Below are positions 26,171 through 32,000 of a DNA stretch of 32,000 nucleotides, piece after piece. Origin of the DNA: Nitrosomonas europaea (GTDB lineage: Bacteria > Pseudomonadota > Gammaproteobacteria > Burkholderiales > Nitrosomonadaceae); assembly GCF_900167395.1 (NCBI RefSeq), contig NZ_FUWK01000009.1, positions 1-32,000 on the forward strand. The letters are read 5' to 3'. The translations under genes and the position numbers were made by a program. Within the stretch, counting starts at the first letter, position 1; every line of letters starts with the position of its first letter. Below the pieces are notes generated by a model. The model was not told where the DNA came from. It worked only from the letters and a program-made list of their open reading frames with translations, and ran no database searches.

Positions 26171-27931
26171 ATGGTTACAACGACTCTTCCCGACTTTAAA
26201 TCACACTGTATTCAATTGCTCGATCAGGCAGCAAGGCAAGTTCTCCCGGATGAAGTAGGGGTTCAAATCGAGTTGCTGCGTCCCAAACTGGCAGATCATG
26301 GTGATTATTCCAGCAATCTGGCAATGAAGCTGGCCAGGCGTTTACGCCGGAATCCGCTTGAACTGGCAAAAGCATTGATTGGAGCACTGCCTGATTCTTC
26401 CTGCGTGGAAAAAGCCGATGTTGCTGGTGGCGGGTTCATCAATTTTTTTCTGAAGAAAACAGCCAAACAACAGTTTCTGCACGCTGTGCTGCAGGCGGGT
26501 GATTCGTTCGGCCACAGCAGGCTGGGAGCAGGGAAAACCATACAGATCGAGTTTGTGTCGGCCAACCCCACCGGTCCGCTGCATGTCGGGCATGGACGAG
26601 GGGCAGCGTTTGGTGCCAGCCTGGCCAATATCATGACCGCAGCCGGTTATGCCGTCACGCGCGAATTCTATGTCAACGATGCCGGCCGGCAGATGGATAT
26701 CCTGACGTTATCGACCTGGTTACGTTACCTCGATCTGTGCGGACTCTCCTTCTCATTCCCTGCCAATGCCTACCGCGGCCAGTATGTTGCTGATATGGCA
26801 TCGGAAATATACCAGGCACAGGGTGATCGTTACGCCCATCGTTCTGATGCAACGATACGGCAACTGACTGAAATCAGTACGAGTACGACGATTGATAGTG
26901 AAGACGAGCGCCTCGACAGACTCATCACTGCAGCAAAATCCATTCTTGATCAGGATTATGCTGATCTGCACAATTTTGTCCTGACAGAACAGTTGGCGGA
27001 CTGCCGGAATGATCTGATGGAATTCGGTGTCGAGTTTGAGACCTGGTTTTCGGAACAGTCATTGTTCGATAGCGGGATGGTGGCACGTGCCGTACAGCTG
27101 CTGGATGATAAAAAACTGCTGTATCGGCAGGATGGCGCGCTCTGGTTCCGTTCCACCGATTTCGGTGATGAGAAAGACCGGGTCGTGCAGCGGGAAAATG
27201 GCCTGTATACCTATTTTGCCTCGGATATCGCTTACCATCTCAGCAAGTACGAACGTGGCTTCGATTACCTGCTGAATATCTGGGGGGCGGACCACCATGG
27301 TTATATTCCACGGGTGAAAGGTGCCATAGAGGCATTATCGCTCGATCCAGGAAGGCTTGAAATAGCATTGGTCCAGTTTGCGGTGTTGTATCGGGATGGC
27401 AAGAAAGTTTCCATGTCCACCCGCTCGGGGGAATTCGTCACATTGCGGCAATTACGCCAGGAAGTGGGCAATGATGCAGCGCGATTTTTTTATGTGCTGC
27501 GTAAAAGTGATCAGCACCTGGATTTCGATCTCGATCTGGCCAAATCACAGAGCAATGATAATCCTGTTTATTACGTACAATATGCACACGCCCGTATCTG
27601 TAGCGTGCTAGGCCAGTGGGGGGGGGCTGAGGATATACTTGCGCGGGCGGAAACGGAGTTGCTGACTGACCCTGCCGAACTCGTGCTTTTGCAGAAAATG
27701 ATCGATTTTACGGATACGATTGAAGCTGCGGCAAAAGAACGCGCACCCCATCTCATTGCCTTTTTTCTGCGCGAACTGGCAGGCGAATTTCATAGTTATT
27801 ACAATTCGACACGTTTTCTCGTTGAAGATGAATCGCTTAAAATAACGAGGCTGGCACTGATTTCAGCCGTTCGCCAGATCTTATCGAAAGGGCTGACGTT
27901 ATTGGGGGTAACCGCCCCCCGTGAAATGTAG
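26171..27931 (+). CDS. argS: Arginine--tRNA ligase
   Basis: The class I HIGH region is SANPTGPLHVGHGRGAAFG, and the KMSKS-equivalent is KVSMSTRSG. A C-terminal DALR anticodon-binding region is present. I chose ATG 26171 (586 aa); the 27-codon upstream extension in the track is non-conserved-looking. Confidence 0.93.
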   Translation: MVTTTLPDFKSHCIQLLDQAARQVLPDEVGVQIELLRPKLADHGDYSSNLAMKLARRLRRNPLELAKALIGALPDSSCVEKADVAGGGFINFFLKKTAKQQFLHAVLQAGDSFGHSRLGAGKTIQIEFVSANPTGPLHVGHGRGAAFGASLANIMTAAGYAVTREFYVNDAGRQMDILTLSTWLRYLDLCGLSFSFPANAYRGQYVADMASEIYQAQGDRYAHRSDATIRQLTEISTSTTIDSEDERLDRLITAAKSILDQDYADLHNFVLTEQLADCRNDLMEFGVEFETWFSEQSLFDSGMVARAVQLLDDKKLLYRQDGALWFRSTDFGDEKDRVVQRENGLYTYFASDIAYHLSKYERGFDYLLNIWGADHHGYIPRVKGAIEALSLDPGRLEIALVQFAVLYRDGKKVSMSTRSGEFVTLRQLRQEVGNDAARFFYVLRKSDQHLDFDLDLAKSQSNDNPVYYVQYAHARICSVLGQWGGAEDILARAETELLTDPAELVLLQKMIDFTDTIEAAAKERAPHLIAFFLRELAGEFHSYYNSTRFLVEDESLKITRLALISAVRQILSKGLTLLGVTAPREM

Positions 27932-27954
27932 TTGAACGCAATACGGAAAGATTG

Positions 27955-28602
27955 ATGAGTCGGGATTATAAATCCAGAAATTCGGCAAAGACCCATAAAA
28001 ACGGCAGCCTGCTGTGGCTTGGTCTGTTTGTGGGCTATACCTTGGGTCTGGCAAGTGCAATCGGGGTATGGTTGTACCTCAGCCAGGCTCCCAGTCCGTT
28101 TCTGAACGGGGGGAAAGTCGCTCAGAACCAGTCCTCTGAAAAATCATCCGTGCGACAATCACCATCGCAGGAGAAAAAAACTGAATCGAATACGAATCAG
28201 ACGGGCACAAGTGGATCACGTTTTGATTTCTACAAAATTTTGCCGGGTATCGATGAGCCACCGGGTGAAGATGTATTTGATCTCACACCATTACCGCCTG
28301 CTGCAACCGTTACCAGGAAGATCCCTGAAAAAACTGCTGAAAAACCACCTGAGAAGGTTCCTGAACCCAAGAGTCGGTATTATCTTCAGGCGGGTTCCTT
28401 CAGAAATTCCAGTGATGCTGAGCGGGTGAAGGCTGAGCTTGCTTTGCTGGGTATCATTGCTTCGGTCCAGACTGGAAGATCTGAAGGCAACGTTCCCGTC
28501 CATCGTGTACGAGTCGGCCCGTTTACCCGAATGGAAGAGCTTGATCGGGTTCGTGCTTCATTACAGGAAAACGGGGTAACATCAAGCCTGGTGACGCAGT
28601 AA
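27955..28602 (+). CDS. SPOR-domain (peptidoglycan-binding, division-associated) membrane protein
   Basis: It has one TM segment (LLWLGLFVGYTLGLASAIGVWLYL) and a low-complexity linker. The C-terminal SPOR domain reads YYLQAGSFRNSSDAERVKAELALLG...HRVRVGPFTRMEELDRVRASL. The ATG at 27955 is preferred over TTG 27952. Confidence 0.85.
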   Translation: MSRDYKSRNSAKTHKNGSLLWLGLFVGYTLGLASAIGVWLYLSQAPSPFLNGGKVAQNQSSEKSSVRQSPSQEKKTESNTNQTGTSGSRFDFYKILPGIDEPPGEDVFDLTPLPPAATVTRKIPEKTAEKPPEKVPEPKSRYYLQAGSFRNSSDAERVKAELALLGIIASVQTGRSEGNVPVHRVRVGPFTRMEELDRVRASLQENGVTSSLVTQ

Positions 28603-28742
28603 GCACCGGTACAAAGCTCCTGACTGATGTGGCCGAACCCGGTTACAAAGCAACTGGAATTCGAACCGGAACAGATTTACCTTTTCTTTTCCATTGGAAA
28701 TGTCATTTACGATTTACCAACTTTGAAAGCGAGGAAAAATAG

Positions 28743-29393
28743 ATGACCGTGAGAAAAATGATCTGCTTTCTCTTGAGTTTTATCGTCGTAAACCTGGCGG
28801 GAGTGTTGATTGCTCATGCAGAAATCGTTGAAGGCCGGGATTATACGGTACTGTCAGCTCCTCAGCCGACTGAAGGTGATTCAGAACACATTGAAGTCAT
28901 TGAATTTTTCTGGTATGGCTGTCCTCATTGCAGTGACTTGCATCCCCATCTCAGCCGCTGGCTGGAGAACAAACCGGCGGATGTGGCGTTCCGGTTCGTG
29001 CCCGCCATTCTCAGGAATAACTGGGTGCCTGGTGCAAAAACTTTTTATGCGATGGAAAGCCTCGGCCTTACTCAAACACTGCATGACAAGGTCTATCACG
29101 CCATTCATCGTGAAAAAACAGATTTGTCGAAAGAAGCGACGCTGTTCGACTGGATCGGAAAACAAGGGGTCGATCGTGACAAGTTTATCGGTGCCTATAA
29201 CTCATTCACAGTCCAGAATCAGGCAAACCGTTCTGCTCAAATGATACGGCAATACAAGCTGACTGGTGTGCCGGCACTGGTGGTGGATGGCAGATATCTG
29301 ACCAGTGGTAAAGCAGGTGGTACCCCGCAGGATACGATTTCAGTTCTGAACCAATTGATTGAGAAGGTGCGTGAGGAAAAGAAAAGCCGGTAA
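28743..29393 (+). CDS. dsbA: Thiol:disulfide interchange protein DsbA
   Basis: It has a signal peptide and the thioredoxin active site FFWYGCPHCSDL. The cis-Pro region is LTGVPALVVDG. The SD AGGAAAA lies upstream. Confidence 0.92.
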   Translation: MTVRKMICFLLSFIVVNLAGVLIAHAEIVEGRDYTVLSAPQPTEGDSEHIEVIEFFWYGCPHCSDLHPHLSRWLENKPADVAFRFVPAILRNNWVPGAKTFYAMESLGLTQTLHDKVYHAIHREKTDLSKEATLFDWIGKQGVDRDKFIGAYNSFTVQNQANRSAQMIRQYKLTGVPALVVDGRYLTSGKAGGTPQDTISVLNQLIEKVREEKKSR

Positions 29394-29403
29394 TGGTGCC
29401 GGC
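29386..29403. terminator. Small hairpin between convergent dsbA and the STAS-like gene (possible bidirectional terminator)
   Basis: The sequence is aaaaGCCGG-taatggtg-CCGGCgtttatt. The stem is only 5 bp and it overlaps the dsbA stop codon and ends 2 nt before the stop of the convergent gene. Confidence 0.3.
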
Positions 29404-29405
29404 GT

Positions 29406-30089
29406 TTATTCCCAGGATGGGGGTGAAATCCCATAAAGAACGGCAAATTTGATCGCTTTTTCCTCAAAAGCTTCCCTGTCATCGCGGAACCGTTCATAGG
29501 CAAACAATACATCCCATATTGCACGAGTTCCGGTACCTGTCTCTGCCTTGTTCTGCAGGCAGGTAATGAAACGATCTGCCTGTCTCAACTTGGGCCTGGT
29601 GTTTTCCTGTGCCAGAGAAGAAAAGAGTTGTGCCAGTTTCTTCAACCCGTCATTATCAATTTCCTGTACCTGTGAAAAATCCAGCAGGATGCCACCTGGG
29701 GAACATTGCCCACGCTGGATAATGATGCTGTCAGGTAATGCTGCTGCAGTAATTTTCTTCGGGATTTCAAATACTACCGGATGGCTGACAGCTTCACCAT
29801 TAAACCACTGCGGGTATTTCTGTTTGAGATCTGCTGAAAGAGATACGCCGGTGATGCTTTTGTACTGCTTTTCGATTTTAGCCAGATCGTTTAGCCGGTC
29901 GGTTGCCAGATAAAACATTGCCAGCAACCTCCACCCGGTCATATCTTCTATTCGTTCGTTTTCGAGAAGTGATTCGAGTGCCCGCATCGTCGTTTGTGTC
30001 TCATCGACCACTCGCCGCACCACCTCGGCAGGATCAGGAGGGATCGCCCCGGGCGAAGTAAAGTCAAGCAACAGATTGTCGGCACTCAT
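29406..30089 (-). CDS. Hypothetical protein with a STAS-like (anti-sigma-antagonist fold) segment
   Basis: It is 227 aa with an ATG start 18 nt after the spoT-like stop. The segment VVFEIPKKITAAALPD...GGILLDFSQVQEIDNDGLKKLAQLFSSL resembles the STAS beta-alpha pattern. The C-terminus ends ...KFAVLYGISPPSWE. The family assignment rests on motif memory only. Confidence 0.55.
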   Translation of the reverse strand: MSADNLLLDFTSPGAIPPDPAEVVRRVVDETQTTMRALESLLENERIEDMTGWRLLAMFYLATDRLNDLAKIEKQYKSITGVSLSADLKQKYPQWFNGEAVSHPVVFEIPKKITAAALPDSIIIQRGQCSPGGILLDFSQVQEIDNDGLKKLAQLFSSLAQENTRPKLRQADRFITCLQNKAETGTGTRAIWDVLFAYERFRDDREAFEEKAIKFAVLYGISPPSWE

Positions 30090-30107
30090 TTTTTATAAGG
30101 TAGTGGT

Positions 30108-32000
30108 TTACAGGTTCTTGATACGCCCCATTTTGACTATTTCATCAATGTGCTTCAGCCTGCGGAAAATCTGTGCAAGGTGCTGACGATCTCTGGTCTG
30201 CAGGATAAAGCGCATCGTGGTGTAATCTTTGTCATTCTCCAGCGTGATATCGTCAATATTCGAATCTGCTTTAGCGATCTCGGCAGTTACTCTGGCCAAT
30301 ACGCCGCTTTTGTTTACCACCGTCATGAATATACTGACAGGAAAAGTTCGATCGATATCCGTTCCCCAGACGACATCCAGCTGATTTTCCATGTTTTTAT
30401 GGTCCTTGATCCTGATTACCGCAGGACAGTCTTGCATATGGATCACCAGTCCCTGATCTTTCTTGATCAGACCAACGATACCGTCGCCCGGTATGGGATG
30501 ACAGCATCGTGCAAATTTGACGGCCATTCCCTCAGTACCCAGGATGGTGATGGAGTTATTGCTCTGTATGTTTGAGACAGATTCACCCGGTACTGCCAGG
30601 CGTTTGGCCAGAACGGCTGCAAGCTGTTTTCCCAGGGCAATGTCTGCCAGCAGTGCTTCTTTGGACTTGGCCTTGCTTTCCTTGACCAACTTTTCCCATT
30701 GCGATGGCTCGATAGCGTCCGGATTTACGCCAAAAGAATGCAGCGCCTGATTCAGCAGGCGTTCTCCAAGCTTGACTGATTCATTGTATTGAATGGTCCT
30801 CAGAAAATAGCGAATACTGGAGCGCGCTCTACCGGTGGCGACATAAGACAGCCAGATGGGGTTCGGCTTGGCTGCAGGGGCAGTGATGATTTCCACGCGA
30901 TCCCCGCTTTTCAGTCGGGTACGCAACGGGGTGATTTCACCGTTGATTCTGGCCGCTACACAGCAGTTTCCGACGTCAGTATGCACAGCATAGGCGAAAT
31001 CCACTACTGTTGCGCCTCTTGGTAATGTCAATATCTTGCCTTGAGGAGTGAACACATATACTTCACCAGGGAACAGATCAACCTTGAGGTGCTCCAGAAA
31101 TTCGAGCGAATCGGAAGAGTCATTCAGGGTTTCCAGCAAACCTTTCATCCACTGATTGGCTTTCATGTGCAGATCATCTATTCCAGCATCAGTGTTCTTG
31201 CTTTTGTAAAGCCAGTGTGAAGCTACCCCGGCTTCTGCAATGTGATGCATCTCATGGGTGCGGATCTGTATTTCTATCGGTAATCCGTAAGGTCCAAGCA
31301 ATGTACTGTGTAACGACTGATAGCCGTTCGGTTTGGGGATGGCAATGTAGTCCTTGAATTTACCAGGGATCGGTTTGTAAAGGCTGTGGAGCGCTCCAAG
31401 TGCCACATAGCAGGAAGATACATCTCTGACGATCACCCGAAAACCGTAAATATCCAGTACATCCGAGAAACTGAGGTGTTTCTCGGCCATTTTCTTATAG
31501 ATACTGTACAAATGTTTTTCACGTCCGGTTACTACAGCATCCAACTCTGCTTCCTGCAGACGCTGCTTGATTGCATCGAGAATTTTTCCGACGACTTCCC
31601 GTCGATTTCCCCTGGCTGCTTTGGTTGCTTTGAGCAGGACCTTGTAGCGGGTCGGATAGGAAAAACAGAAACCCAGCTCCTGCAGCTCCTGGTAGATGTT
31701 TTCCAGGCCGAGTCGATGAGCAATCGGAGCATAAATTTCCAGAGTTTCCTGGGCGATACGGTGTTGTTTCTCCGGTGACATTACCTCGAGAGTGCGCATG
31801 TTATGCAGGCGATCAGCCAGCTTGATCAGTATTACCCGCACATCCTGTGCCATAGCCAGCAGCATTTTGCGGAAATTTTCCGCTTGCATATCCGCCTGTG
31901 TCTGGAATCTGATTTTGTCGAGTTTGGAAACCCCATCGACAAGTTCAGCCACGGAAGAACCAAATCTTTCGCTGATTTCCTGCTTCAGGATGCCGGTATC
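30108..32000 (-). CDS. spoT: RelA/SpoT-family bifunctional (p)ppGpp synthetase/hydrolase (SpoT-like). The N-terminus lies beyond the right edge.
   Basis: The frame stays open to position 32000 (DTGILKQEISERFGSSVAELVDGVSKL). The M at 31952 in the track is an internal GTG. The HD-domain end is ADRLHNMRTL. The synthetase motifs are YKPIPGKFKDYIAIPKPNGYQSLHSTL and EIQIRTHEMHHIAEAGVASHWLYK. TGS (VYVFTPQGKILTLPRGATVVDFAYAVH) and C-terminal ACT regions are present. Confidence 0.9.
   Translation of the reverse strand, partial: DTGILKQEISERFGSSVAELVDGVSKLDKIRFQTQADMQAENFRKMLLAMAQDVRVILIKLADRLHNMRTLEVMSPEKQHRIAQETLEIYAPIAHRLGLENIYQELQELGFCFSYPTRYKVLLKATKAARGNRREVVGKILDAIKQRLQEAELDAVVTGREKHLYSIYKKMAEKHLSFSDVLDIYGFRVIVRDVSSCYVALGALHSLYKPIPGKFKDYIAIPKPNGYQSLHSTLLGPYGLPIEIQIRTHEMHHIAEAGVASHWLYKSKNTDAGIDDLHMKANQWMKGLLETLNDSSDSLEFLEHLKVDLFPGEVYVFTPQGKILTLPRGATVVDFAYAVHTDVGNCCVAARINGEITPLRTRLKSGDRVEIITAPAAKPNPIWLSYVATGRARSSIRYFLRTIQYNESVKLGERLLNQALHSFGVNPDAIEPSQWEKLVKESKAKSKEALLADIALGKQLAAVLAKRLAVPGESVSNIQSNNSITILGTEGMAVKFARCCHPIPGDGIVGLIKKDQGLVIHMQDCPAVIRIKDHKNMENQLDVVWGTDIDRTFPVSIFMTVVNKSGVLARVTAEIAKADSNIDDITLENDKDYTTMRFILQTRDRQHLAQIFRRLKHIDEIVKMGRIKNL

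Noticed and set aside
1-32000. CRISPR arrays, rRNA genes, prophage, toxin-antitoxin or defence modules
   Set aside because: I saw no regularly spaced direct repeats, no rRNA-like sequence, and no ORFs with recognisable phage, restriction, toxin or Cas motifs anywhere in the window.

Overview
This window reads as a mostly housekeeping, core-chromosome segment of a roughly 50% GC proteobacterium. The syntenies nadD-rsfS-rlmH-maf-rng and argS-SPOR-dsbA look betaproteobacterial; a Nitrosomonas-like origin is only my guess.

Gene content, left to right:
- The 5' part of an IS5-family transposase on the - strand, cut by the window edge and missing from the ORF track.
- A ~600 bp stretch with no convincing gene but a strong + strand intrinsic terminator.
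- A - strand heavy-metal-type RND module (adaptor, CzcA-like pump, OmpR-type regulator, sensor kinase) with no outer-membrane factor.
- speD-speE polyamine genes, a predicted lipoprotein of unknown function, and tRNA-Leu(CAG).
- rnr-rlmB on the + strand.
- tonB-exbB-exbD behind a good Fur box.
- A long co-directional - strand run: hypothetical membrane protein, folD, aceE, aceF, nadD, rsfS, rlmH, maf, rng.
- argS, a SPOR-domain gene and dsbA on the + strand.
- A STAS-like hypothetical gene 18 nt downstream of a RelA/SpoT-family gene that runs off the right edge.

I found no rRNA, CRISPR array, prophage or recognisable defence or toxin system, and no convincing novel multi-gene system.

The observations most worth a second look:
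- A +1 frame break in a C7 tract at the 5' end of rng.
- The orphan terminator and promoter-like locus at 344-960.
- Three helically phased hexamers and a small upstream ORF ahead of the RND operon.
- The spoT-linked STAS-like gene.

All calls come from reading the sequence by eye and from remembered family motifs. No searches were run.
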